A stretch of DNA of 64,000 nt from a virus: the IMG/VR virus record IMGVR_UViG_3300023174_000138, positions 14,144-78,143 of that record; one strand, written 5' to 3'. Both the position numbers and the translations under genes were made by a program. Below the pieces are notes generated by a model. That model was not told where the DNA came from. It ran no database searches and saw nothing but the letters and a program-made list of their open reading frames with translations. Shown here piece after piece: positions 50,101 through 59,012 of the stretch; the stretch's first letter is position 1, and every line of letters starts with the position of its first letter.

Positions 50101-50435
50101 GTTGTAGTGTAATTAGAATCGTATTTTGATATATTATTATAAGCCGAATCCCAATTAGCACTATTGGCTTTGCTAGAAGTATATACACTATCCCAATTAG
50201 CGCTATTGGCTTTAGCAGAACTATAAACACTATTCCAGTAACCGGAATTAGTATTGGTGGAGGTCCAATTAGAGTCGTATTTACTGGAGTTAGAATTAAA
50301 GGAAGTCCAATTAGAGTCGTATTTACTGGAGTTAGAATTAGTGGTAGTCCAGTTGGAGTTCCACTGATCACTATTACCGTTTACAGTACTAATTGTACTT
50401 ATAACTGTTACGTTATTAAGAAAAGGAATGCTCAT
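47145..50435 (-). CDS. Tail fibre / receptor-binding protein with N-terminal 14-aa repeats, a W.SV.YGNG propeller and an LVIVD-like propeller
   Basis: NSxxWDSxYT repeats; about seven WxSVxYGNGxFVAV...SPDGxTW blades; VQG.YAY blades; GNIGIGT.AP..KL motif. Confidence 0.75.
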   Translation of the reverse strand: MSIPFLNNVTVISTISTVNGNSDQWNSNWTTTNSNSSKYDSNWTSFNSNSSKYDSNWTSTNTNSGYWNSVYSSAKANSANWDSVYTSSKANSANWDSAYNNISKYDSNYTTTNTNSANWDSAYNNIPKYDSNWTTTNSNSGKWESVYTITNASSSSYIRGVDWSAGSISSSYAWNSVAYGNGVFVAVAIDYGIAYSRDGINWVLNSGSITTNYWTSVTFGRGLFVAVANAGSNRLMTSPDGINWTVRTVEGYAWTSVTYGNGLFVAVANGRVMTSPDGVTWTSVAVAATSWNSVTYGNGLYVAVSNTAGTPSAINRVMTSPDGVTWTIRTAAASEQWNSITYGNGIFVAVASSGTSGRVMTSPDGITWTSRAVSGGNWQSVAYGDGVFVAASLTSSGSKWMYSFDGITWVVKTGTEAETYKAAAYGNGLFVILANAGTNRALYSGRRIADETLDNIRLGGFTVTSFLSTNGIAYASGVYAGPNPSSITSTTPISAMTGMYVEPVSGYAGFYTNAPVAPVDVRGTMKFAASAAATSSTSNIKIQGNYAYVTNYGDASLMSYDLTQTTPISTGKISTASNPQGLYVNGKYAYVVTSNGSSSVFQIFEIQNPSSFKLLSTSTIGTTQNAFDVVVQGSYAFILTNNSSVDGYIIAYDISNPYAPEKIFITQTSTNGNSNGLTIQGKYLYWARGYSGTAGVYRMDVSDPRSKPAAEMFYFTGGAVNGAIVRGRYLYMNFNNQFGINNGTTTSYIPVPFVVGSTNLSNIILQGNYAYFSNLAGLHKIDVSNPSSPRLVASIASYSGTSTWPCNFDIQGRYAYLADRANNRINVLDLGGAYIQQLQAGGLSTDTAYIIRNAVIGNDLDVAGGAAFGQGFKSYKDSSVQGSLTITTASSSTSASNLFTVTSGSNASTIFIITSAGNIGIGTTAPNEKLTVVGTISTNAHKSSQDWASDWTTTNTNSAGWNAAANQLTTYPLLTTISYSPYNLIGALTTNTNLFTVPAGRRFICKTFGGYITAITGTTTVAPTLKLVDATQSNTGIANAYIPSIAGTILDGSYIAGNTNNIITNAGDVIALRLVAPAATGVTTLSASILIEGWLI
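49950..50370 (-). repeat. Coding tandem repeat with a 42-nt (14-aa) basic period
   Basis: GTCCAATTAGAGTCGTATTTACTGGAGTTAGAATTA is identical at 50263 and 50305; ATATTATTATAAGCCGAATCCCAATTAGCACTATT occurs twice. Confidence 0.85.
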
Positions 50436-53141
50436 TTATCCCTGATCTTCTGTCCATGCTATTTTTGATCTTGTCATAGCTATGTAATTATTATTAAGAT
50501 CATCAGGAGAACCAAATGTTTTTATACCAACAGTAACTACATCAGGGCCATCAGGAAATACATAATTACCTCCTAAAATACTATTAGTTAAATCTCTAAC
50601 TATATCTATATTAAATGTATTGTAACATAATTTTTGTGTTCCAATAGAACTAAAACTATTATCTGGAGTAAGCAAAAAGTATGCAATTAAATCGCCCCCA
50701 GTACCCTCAACGTTAAAAGTGCCGTCTCTTGTATGATCAAAATATTGAGCTATACTACCGTTTGGAGCTGAGCGCCAGGCTGATAAATTTTTGAAAAGCG
50801 TTTGAGGTTCGGGGTTTACTCTAACAAAAATTTGTATAGGCGCGGTAGACACGACTTGAATATTTCTTAACGCCAAAGAAGAATGGTTGACTACATTTCT
50901 TACACCTAGCAAACCGGTAATTCCATAGTCAACAGAAGGAGCTAACCTCACACTTAATAATGCTTGTTCAGCAGAAGTCGCAGAAAGCATAGTCGTGTTA
51001 AATGCAGAAAACAGATAAGATTTATCTTCATTGAAATTACCATCCATTAATGCAGCGACACCCCAATGACTTAACGCAGGAGAACAATTTTGATTGTATG
51101 ATATAACCCCGTCACCGCTTAATGCTGTGATATTACCGGTAGTAAGCCCTCCTACATTTCTTCTATTAATAGTTAGTTTAACCCCGTTAGAAACGGTTTC
51201 GGATTTAGTATAATAAATATACTCATTATTAATAACAATACAACCTTTATTAGGAAGATTTGCCCCTAAATCAGAATCTACTATTATAAATGAGGAATTA
51301 ACTTGTAAATCGCTTATTAAATTTCCGCTTTTTGAATTGCTTGTAATTTCAAACCGCCCAGGTACATTACCGGAACGCATATGCGCTTTTGTATTAACGT
51401 TGTTGTTATAAATTTCATGAAAATATATAATTTTACCTTCATTGGCTCTTATTCCATAACGTATTTTTCCAGCACCATACCAAGAATAGTCGATAAACAC
51501 CATTTGCATTCTATTAATATTAAAAATATAGCCGCTTGGACCAGTGCCATCTAGTTTATCTAGATTAAATTCGCTTTGAGGAATTCTTAATTCTTCTGTT
51601 TTAACTACTTTTAACCCTGAAGCACTAGGCCCTCTATAAGTAGGGGTTATAACTGCAGATAAATTATTGCGTATTGAAAATACTTGATATGACATTCCTT
51701 TAATTGATATAAAATCATTTTCTCTTAACTGTGTTAAAAACTTTGTATTATTATCAGTACTCACCATCCAAGAGCTACTTGCCGCAACAGTAATTGTACC
51801 GTTAATAGGGGTTGTGGTTTGTCGCTTTACAACATAGAACGACTTTCCGTCAAATTCAAAAAACATCCCATTTTGATCATCAAATAAACCGCTTCTCACG
51901 GTGGCATCATGCCACCCGTTGACGTCTACCGAGGCAATCCCGCCTGGGGCTAAATCAGATGTAGGAAAAGGATTATACACTGTATGCACTGGTATTTGTA
52001 CTTCAAATGTTTTAGAGTTTATAATTTTTGAAATTTTAAATGTTTGATTATAAGGGTTTTTACCCCCGCTTATGGTAAATCCGTTTGTTGTAATATTAAC
52101 GCCTTCTCTATAGGTTTCAGGTGTAGCAAAACCATGATATTGTTCCGTAGTTATTCTAAAATCATAATAAGGGTAAGTAATATCATTTTGATTAGAGTCT
52201 ATTACCTGGCTCGCTATTACTTCATAAACAGGTCTAAATAAAACTCCTGAACTAAATTGCATACTTTTACCAGATTGATATTTAAAATAATTTCTTGTTT
52301 GTCTCATAACCCTACAGTTAGGAGCGCTGGTACCGGGGTTAATTTGAACACCCCCGTCTTGAAATCTATGAATAGCTACCCCCTCTGTTCTTCCATATAC
52401 TTTACCGGAGGATGGTATTAATAGCGTACTTCTGCTAAAATTTTGACCTGTGAGTGTTTGAAAAATAATTTTTGTATCGCTGGGTACTGCACTAACAGAA
52501 AATGAACCGCACCATGGTGCGGTTGGTTGATTATTATCTACAACAATAATAGGACTATTAAGAAAAAGCCCATGAGGTGTTTGAAACTCTACTAGCGCTG
52601 CGCTTGTAGCTGGAATTGCTGATACCCCTACAATCGGTATATCAGCATTAGAATAAAAACCTCCTGTGTATAAACCTGTGTAAGCTGTCTTTTGATCACC
52701 AACTAATGCTCCAGGCGATTTGGTTAACACTTGAAATGAATATTCAGAAGGGACTTGCGTGATTATATAAGCTCCATCAACATATGTGGTATTCGCCGAA
52801 TCTTTTATTACTATCGAATCACCTACTTTAAACGCATTTCTAGGTAAAATATTTACTGTTACCGTTAAAAATTTATTATTTGCCCCGGAAGGAAGCATTG
52901 AAGTTATTTGACCTGCCGTAAATGCAGGTTCATTTGCTCTAGAATAAACACCAGGTAAGTTGCTAGCTAAATTTAAAAATTCCCACTTAGAAGCTTGTAA
53001 TGAATATTCAAAATCTGTGTCAATTAAGCTTTGCGGATTACTAACACGCAATTTTTCCACAGCATCTCTACCGGCATCATTGAATTTGATACCGTCTTCT
53101 ACTAGGTTCTGCAAGAACCCCGATTCTCTACTATATGGCAT
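50436..53141 (-). CDS. Large virion structural/fibre protein
   Basis: DA.EKLRVSNPQSLIDTDFEY, RQTR.YFKYQSGK, GLFDDQNG.FFE and IDYSWYGAG.IR motifs, as in T4-like virion proteins. Confidence 0.7.
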   Translation of the reverse strand: MPYSRESGFLQNLVEDGIKFNDAGRDAVEKLRVSNPQSLIDTDFEYSLQASKWEFLNLASNLPGVYSRANEPAFTAGQITSMLPSGANNKFLTVTVNILPRNAFKVGDSIVIKDSANTTYVDGAYIITQVPSEYSFQVLTKSPGALVGDQKTAYTGLYTGGFYSNADIPIVGVSAIPATSAALVEFQTPHGLFLNSPIIVVDNNQPTAPWCGSFSVSAVPSDTKIIFQTLTGQNFSRSTLLIPSSGKVYGRTEGVAIHRFQDGGVQINPGTSAPNCRVMRQTRNYFKYQSGKSMQFSSGVLFRPVYEVIASQVIDSNQNDITYPYYDFRITTEQYHGFATPETYREGVNITTNGFTISGGKNPYNQTFKISKIINSKTFEVQIPVHTVYNPFPTSDLAPGGIASVDVNGWHDATVRSGLFDDQNGMFFEFDGKSFYVVKRQTTTPINGTITVAASSSWMVSTDNNTKFLTQLRENDFISIKGMSYQVFSIRNNLSAVITPTYRGPSASGLKVVKTEELRIPQSEFNLDKLDGTGPSGYIFNINRMQMVFIDYSWYGAGKIRYGIRANEGKIIYFHEIYNNNVNTKAHMRSGNVPGRFEITSNSKSGNLISDLQVNSSFIIVDSDLGANLPNKGCIVINNEYIYYTKSETVSNGVKLTINRRNVGGLTTGNITALSGDGVISYNQNCSPALSHWGVAALMDGNFNEDKSYLFSAFNTTMLSATSAEQALLSVRLAPSVDYGITGLLGVRNVVNHSSLALRNIQVVSTAPIQIFVRVNPEPQTLFKNLSAWRSAPNGSIAQYFDHTRDGTFNVEGTGGDLIAYFLLTPDNSFSSIGTQKLCYNTFNIDIVRDLTNSILGGNYVFPDGPDVVTVGIKTFGSPDDLNNNYIAMTRSKIAWTEDQG

Positions 53142-54550
53142 TCACCCTATTGGACCAGGAGGCTCATCGCCCTCCATATAATCAACTCGATCCCAATATG
53201 CTCACAGATTACTCAGTGTTTGGACTATATCTTCAAATTATAAAATTTGTCGGACGCTCGTGCTGGTTATTAAGGCTTCCTATACCTCCAGTAGTCTCTA
53301 CACCTTCTAGAAAAGCGTTTCTAGCTTGGCTCGGTATTACCCACGACTTTCACGCCGGGCTTCACCGAATTCATCCGATAAGGGCGGTTATTTTTAAGTT
53401 AATCTTCTAGTGCAGTAAACCCTCCTCTCTGAAACCGTGTGGTGACAATTTTTGTGCGTTGCGCAAAAATAACTTTATCATATCCCCCTATACCTGTGTC
53501 TGCTTCTAGTTTACCTATTCTATATATTCTGCCTTTTTGTGACTCTTGCTTAAAAGGAGCAGGAGACCACCATTCTATACTGTTTATACCATCATCAGAA
53601 CCATTAATAGTTTTATATCCAAATTGTCCTAATTTTAATACTTCATTTAAAGGAGGCTCAGAGCCACCTCTTTTAGCATTTCCTCTTACTTTATTACTAA
53701 AAAATGTCCATACTATTTCAACAAAAACAATATCATAAGGCTTTAGAGGTATACCCTCAAAGCACCTAAATAGAAGCCCGTCTGATAAACAGGGTAATCT
53801 ACCGGAATTATTATTTCCCGTCTGCCATTTAAATCCTTCAGAGGATGGAATAACTCCTTCGGGTTTTATCTTAAGATCGGCATTTACATTTTGAATAGGC
53901 CATTTATTTAATTTATCAATACTATTATTTTTATAGTAAAATAGTTTAGTTATTGTTACTGTTGCGGGTAATTGAGGGGTGGCGGTTGTATATGGATTAG
54001 CTATATAAGTCCAGCTAACTTCATTTATAGTACTAGAATTACCTAGAGTATTATCTGTACTACTACTAAAAGCATTATCATACCAGGGATCTACATCATT
54101 TAGACGTGTCTGCCAAACCCAGCGAGTATTGGCTAGATCATATATTATTCTACTTCTACCACTTCCATTACTCGATTGCCATGTTTCTGCCCCATCAATT
54201 TTACTTTTAAAAGTAAAATCTTGATTTATGGTAATAAGTAAGCCAGCTACATTAATATCAACATTTATAGCGGTTTTTGAGGGGGTACTATCAAACCCAC
54301 CGTTACGTTGACCTTTTCTTGTTGCTAAATAAACAAATGTATTGTTTTCATATTTAAAAACGTAACGTCTTAAGGCTGTGTTTTTCGCTCGTTGCGCCGC
54401 TCTTGTGCTATTACCTTGTTTACCACTTCTCGATGCTGACTTACCTAGAGCGAGTTGGCCAGGGTAATAAGTACGTCTTGCTCCCTTATATACAGGTAAT
54501 AAAGCAGGTCTATCTTCGTTCCCTATAAACTTTCTATTATTGTTGTTCAT
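53142..54550 (-). CDS. Intron-containing hypothetical late protein: exon 1 54550-53419, exon 2 53200-53142 (396 aa spliced, 383 aa unspliced)
   Basis: Joining GGG-T to CA-TAT restores the frame as ...RGGSYWDRVDYMEGDEPPGPIG*, and its TGA abuts the ATG of the next gene. N-terminus is basic. Confidence 0.6.
53201..53418 (-). ncRNA. Group I self-splicing intron with no homing endonuclease ORF (3' splice site 53201 or 53194)
   Basis: Core elements on the minus strand: P AATTCGGTGAAG, Q AATACCGAGCCAAG, R GGTGTAGAGACTA, S GAAGATATAGTCC. Helices: P3 TCGGATG/CGTCCGA, P4 TTCGGT/ACCGAG, P5 GCCC/GGGT, P6a CTAGAA/TTCTAG, P7 GACTA/TAGTC, P7.1 CTGG..CCAG, P8 CAAATT/AATTTG, P9 with a GTAA loop, and P1 GAGGGT/GCCCTT with a U-G pair. 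Confidence 0.9.
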
Positions 54551-54554
54551 ATAG

Positions 54555-55196
54555 TTAACTAAGAGTTATAGCTGGAGAAAATAAAACCCCTGTTTCAACT
54601 GCGCAGAATGCCTTTACCATTCTTGCGCTTGGCCCTACTATTCCTTTTGTATAGCTACCCAAAATTTCACCTAACCCAGCAGTTCCAATATACAGAACGG
54701 TGTCTGTTGGAGTATGTGTAGAATTGGGGTTGTAAATATCCCAATTCGGGTAAAGCGTACGATAGAGAAGCGTTTGTTTTCTGGTTGTTGAATTATTACT
54801 GTCACTGTATATAAAGCCTGAACCAAGAATAGGTGATTTACAAGAGATAAATGATCTGTATTCCCAGCGTTTAGGGTATCTGCCACTAGTATTAAGCGTA
54901 ATTTCAATAGGAGAAATTAACGGTTGATAAATTCTATCAATTTTAAAAATATCGGGAGTATAATAATCTTTGTATCGATACACATCTTGATATAAAAGTT
55001 TTTTTGGCTTTCTTTCTCCAACAAAAACTGATTCTTGCACTTTTTCACCAACAACCCTTACCGGGGGTGTAGCTTTTTGCCTACCTCTTCCAACGGTACC
55101 TAAATAATAGTTTTTAATGTACACTCTATCATATTTATCATATACATATGATATTTGATTGGCATTCAATTCAGGATCAGGGGGTAAATCTATCAT
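54555..55196 (-). CDS. Hypothetical protein
   Basis: 213-aa ORF closely spaced with both neighbours. Confidence 0.65.
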   Translation of the reverse strand: MIDLPPDPELNANQISYVYDKYDRVYIKNYYLGTVGRGRQKATPPVRVVGEKVQESVFVGERKPKKLLYQDVYRYKDYYTPDIFKIDRIYQPLISPIEITLNTSGRYPKRWEYRSFISCKSPILGSGFIYSDSNNSTTRKQTLLYRTLYPNWDIYNPNSTHTPTDTVLYIGTAGLGEILGSYTKGIVGPSARMVKAFCAVETGVLFSPAITLS

Positions 55197-55198
55197 AA

Positions 55199-55651
55199 TT
55201 AATATTTCTTATAATTTACTGTAAAAAATGCAAGGTTTTTAGAAAGAGTATTTGTAATAGGAGAATCACATATTGTAATGTAAAAAGGAAAACCTGTAAT
55301 ACCATACGGTATTGATATGTCAAAATTTTCATTAGGATGTAGTATTCTCGAAAAAACAAGTAATGATTTCTCAAACAACGCATCTACAATATTACTACCA
55401 GAATATTTTCTTATTTGTAGGTACGTAGTTCGGGGATTATACGATACGCCGTTTATATACATAATTGTACCAGAGTCGGTAAAATATGCAGATAAGCATG
55501 GAGCCCCTGGCATACCGGTGGTAGATATCACACAATTAAGCGTATTTACTTCTGTTATAACATCTAATCTGGATTTATTATTATTAGATGTAACACTAAC
55601 ATTATCAATTACTGCGCTTACTGGAAAAACTTTTGAGGAAAGATATGCCAT
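55199..55651 (-). CDS. Late hypothetical protein
   Basis: 150 aa; TAAATA 7 nt before the ATG. Confidence 0.65.
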   Translation of the reverse strand: MAYLSSKVFPVSAVIDNVSVTSNNNKSRLDVITEVNTLNCVISTTGMPGAPCLSAYFTDSGTIMYINGVSYNPRTTYLQIRKYSGSNIVDALFEKSLLVFSRILHPNENFDISIPYGITGFPFYITICDSPITNTLSKNLAFFTVNYKKY

Positions 55652-55671
55652 ATTTAATTATTTAATAATAC

Positions 55672-56469
55672 TTAGTATATATTCCATCCTGCAGGGTTCC
55701 CTACCCATGTTAGCCTAAACGTAAACCCGTTTATATTGGCAGATAAATCATCAACTAATGAGTCTATGGGATTACCATTGTTTTTAATTACAAAATTATA
55801 TGTTGCCCAGGTATTATAAGTATCAATAAATACCAGAGTATCCCCTAATGAAGGGGTTGACGGCAAAATGCCTCTAACAGGGCCAGATGAGGTATCAACC
55901 GCGTAATAACCGGATAATATATTAAAATTAGAATTTTTAAATTGATACTTTTCTATTGCTGTTACGTAAGATGTATTACCATATGCAGCTATTAGATTTG
56001 AAGGCTTGGTGCCTATAATTAATACTCTATATGCATTAACATTAGGAATAAATGCAAAATTAACTTTAATATAGTTATTATCGATTACATTAATTTCTGG
56101 GTAAGATTGAATATTAGTACTATTGTCATAAACAGAGATAACAATATCTTTTGTATTAAAATTATGCACAATATTAAATGATGATGAAATATTATTACCT
56201 ATATTTTCAGTGTATTTTAAAACTGCTTCGGATGTTACTGAAGTATAAATAGTACCACCAACACTAAGGCTACCCATAACAGTAGCAGATAAAAGTAGAA
56301 CGTTATTAGTAGATAGATAATTTGTTATTGTAGGTATAATATCTGCGGATTCTTCCCAGCTATCTGACAAAGAATTAACTGTGGTGTAAGTACTATTCCA
56401 TTGATCACTACTACCGGCAGCGGTGCCGCATAATGTAGTTATATGTGTGGTCCTAAACGGTAAAAGCAT
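55672..56469 (-). CDS. Fibre-associated protein with a gp9/gp10/gp34-N-like C-terminal domain
   Basis: YAVDTSSG.V...LP.TP.LGD...FID...W ... L.WV...GW motif; I.HN.NT.DI.ISVYD module. Confidence 0.6.
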   Translation of the reverse strand: MLLPFRTTHITTLCGTAAGSSDQWNSTYTTVNSLSDSWEESADIIPTITNYLSTNNVLLLSATVMGSLSVGGTIYTSVTSEAVLKYTENIGNNISSSFNIVHNFNTKDIVISVYDNSTNIQSYPEINVIDNNYIKVNFAFIPNVNAYRVLIIGTKPSNLIAAYGNTSYVTAIEKYQFKNSNFNILSGYYAVDTSSGPVRGILPSTPSLGDTLVFIDTYNTWATYNFVIKNNGNPIDSLVDDLSANINGFTFRLTWVGNPAGWNIY

Positions 56470-56512
56470 AACGATAGATTATTTATGCACCTTTAAAAAA
56501 ATTAAAGGTTGA

Positions 56513-58978
56513 TTATGGACCGTCTAAACCATCAGCAAGGGCAGTGACAGAGTAACTTGCATTAGCATTAAAGGTAAATGTTAGTCGTATAGATGATGCG
56601 GGTGTGCTAATATCTATATCGTTTAAGATACCGGCAGGATCAAGCATCGCATACACTGTGCCGCTCCAAGTATTATTGTCTAGAAGTGCTAGAATTTCTG
56701 CTGAAGCACGGCGACCCGTTGTATTATTTCTAATTAAAATAATATACTTTACTGCGCTCACTGTACCTACATCAAGCGTATTAACGTGTAAAATATTATT
56801 GTTAGTTATTGTTGAACCGCTGTATACTTTTCTTAGTGAGGCACGCGTACCATCGCTTACATTTAAGCCTGTTACCGTGACATCAGTTTGTGTCTTAAGG
56901 TACGAGGCACTATTAACTTGATAGGTTGAATACGTACTGTCCCATAAATCTTGCTTTGTGTTAACTGCGTTGTACGCTGTATTCCAGTTTGCACTATTTG
57001 GCAATACCGTTGTATAGGTATGGCCCCATTGATAGCTGGAATAGCTACCTAAAGCTATTATTCCTTCGTTAGCAGAAATTTGACCGTTAACTGTTAAGCC
57101 AACTAAAGTTGGCTGTGCGTTACTATTAGCAGGATTAGCAATATTAATACCTACAACACCTCTTGCATCAACTTCGTGATTACCAACGTGTAGAACTTCA
57201 GTGCCATCACCATCGTAGAATGAGGCAATATCATATTCTGGGTTAGTATTTTTTACATACAACGCACGCGTTGGGCCTGTGTTAATAACACTTAATGCGC
57301 TGGAAGTTGTAACTATAGTGTTTACAAATCTAGCAGAACCTGCAACGATCAATGTCTTATTAACGGTTAGTTCTTCAAAGGTACCTGTACCGTTAGCTAC
57401 TGTTAAATCGCCAGGTAGGCTCAAACTGCTGGGCAATGAAAGAGTAACATTATTGGCAGGTGCTCCAACATTAAATGTTGCAACTAACTGGTTGGATGTA
57501 CCCTTAATGTGGAAAGTTGCGCCGAGCGCAGTTTTTGCACTAGAAGTACCATCACCAAAGTAAATACCATCGTTAGCGAGTTTAGCGTTTGTTATCCCGC
57601 TATCTTTAATTTGAAGATTATTAGAAGCTATTTCAATAGTAGTATTATCGACATTTGTACTGAAACCATCAGTTGTAGTAAAGGATAATGCACCGCCAGA
57701 TTTTAATATATTACTGGCATCGATCTTACCCTTTGTTACAGAGTTAGCAGCCAGTTTAATATTGGTTACACCGCCGTCGACAATGCTTAGATTATTTGTG
57801 TTAAGTTCAATACTAGTAGTATCAACATTTACTGAAAAACCATCGGTAGTAGTAAAGGTTAAACCATTATTTGAAGATTTTAAAATGCTTGATGCATCGA
57901 TCTTACTCTTTGTTACAGAGTTAGCAGCTAGTTTAGCATTTGTAATTCCGCTATCTTTAATTTGAAGGTTATTAGAACCGTTTATCTCAATTGTACTGTT
58001 ATCGGTGTTTGAGAAAAACCCATCAGATGTATTAAAGCTTATAGCACCAGTAGATTTAACAATGTTACTGGCATCGATCTTACCCTTTGTTACAGAGTTT
58101 GCAGCTAACTTAGCATTGCTAATCCCACTATCTTTGACTTGAAGATTGTTGCTAGCAATTTCAATTGAGACACTATCAACATTAGCAGAAAGACCATTTG
58201 CGGTTGTAAAACTTATTGCACCGGTGGGGTAAACAATAGCGCTAGGATCAATTTCTGCTTTTGTAACAGCGTTATCTGCTAATTTAGCATTTGTAATACC
58301 ATTATCTTTTACTCTTAATGCATTGGAGTGTAGTTCAATTGTACTATTATCAGCAACATTAGAGTTTAGCTTTGTCCCTGTAACACCAGAATCTTTAATT
58401 TTTAATTGGTCTGAGGCAAGCTGTAAAGTAGAATCATCTACGACGTTTGCATTTAATTTTGCACCGGTGATACCATCGTCTTTAACTTGTAAATTATTAG
58501 AACCGTTTATCTCGATTGTACTGTTATCGACATTTGTACTGAAACCATCAGAAGTGGTAAAGGATAATGCACCGTTTGTTTTTACGATGCTTGATGCATT
58601 GATTATACTTTTATCTACTGAATTTGCTGCAAGATTAGAGTTACTAATTCCACCGGATTTTACTGTTACTAAAGCTTCAGTAATATCAAAATTAGAACTG
58701 CTAAATTTAGCAACGCCTTTGCGATCCGCGGTTGCATCTACCCCTGAAATAACTAATGTTTCTGTATCACGATTGGCGGTAACGAAAATGCCTGTTTCAC
58801 CGGATAGCTTGAATGAATCCCCACCTGATACTTGAAAAGATGTTGAATTATTAACAGATTCTACAGTAAAAGACGCTGTTGCCTGACTAAAGAGATCTTC
58901 TAAATCCCTACCCGCAGAAAGTATTTTACCCAATACATTTAAATCATTCTTTACTTTAAATTGGCTATTCAAACTCAT
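56513..58978 (-). CDS. Tail fibre shaft protein with repeats
   Basis: Many VDNSTIEI..NNLQIKDSGITNAKLA.NSV repeats. Confidence 0.75.
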   Translation of the reverse strand: MSLNSQFKVKNDLNVLGKILSAGRDLEDLFSQATASFTVESVNNSTSFQVSGGDSFKLSGETGIFVTANRDTETLVISGVDATADRKGVAKFSSSNFDITEALVTVKSGGISNSNLAANSVDKSIINASSIVKTNGALSFTTSDGFSTNVDNSTIEINGSNNLQVKDDGITGAKLNANVVDDSTLQLASDQLKIKDSGVTGTKLNSNVADNSTIELHSNALRVKDNGITNAKLADNAVTKAEIDPSAIVYPTGAISFTTANGLSANVDSVSIEIASNNLQVKDSGISNAKLAANSVTKGKIDASNIVKSTGAISFNTSDGFFSNTDNSTIEINGSNNLQIKDSGITNAKLAANSVTKSKIDASSILKSSNNGLTFTTTDGFSVNVDTTSIELNTNNLSIVDGGVTNIKLAANSVTKGKIDASNILKSGGALSFTTTDGFSTNVDNTTIEIASNNLQIKDSGITNAKLANDGIYFGDGTSSAKTALGATFHIKGTSNQLVATFNVGAPANNVTLSLPSSLSLPGDLTVANGTGTFEELTVNKTLIVAGSARFVNTIVTTSSALSVINTGPTRALYVKNTNPEYDIASFYDGDGTEVLHVGNHEVDARGVVGINIANPANSNAQPTLVGLTVNGQISANEGIIALGSYSSYQWGHTYTTVLPNSANWNTAYNAVNTKQDLWDSTYSTYQVNSASYLKTQTDVTVTGLNVSDGTRASLRKVYSGSTITNNNILHVNTLDVGTVSAVKYIILIRNNTTGRRASAEILALLDNNTWSGTVYAMLDPAGILNDIDISTPASSIRLTFTFNANASYSVTALADGLDGP
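57580..58660 (-). repeat. Coding tandem repeats of about 58-60 aa, with shorter 28-aa units, in the fibre shaft
   Basis: Recurrent DNA segments such as GCATCGATCTTACCCTTTGTTACAGAGTT and TCGACATTTGTACTGAAACCATCAG. Confidence 0.8.
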
Positions 58979-58984
58979 ACCAAT

Positions 58985-58991
58985 TATTTAT
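58985..58991 (-). promoter_or_regulatory. Late promoter for the fibre shaft gene
   Basis: ATAAATA 6 nt before ATG 58978. Confidence 0.75.
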
Positions 58992-59012
58992 GCCAGCAGT
59001 CCGAGTTTATTT

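Noticed and set aside
49950-50370. 36-nt direct repeats as a CRISPR array
   Set aside because: The repeats are in-frame coding repeats with a 42-nt period. There are no spacer-length unique sequences and no cas genes.
53135-53410. 91-aa plus-strand ORF in the ORF track
   Set aside because: It is the antisense shadow of the group I intron and exon 2. It has no promoter or SD and no endonuclease motifs.
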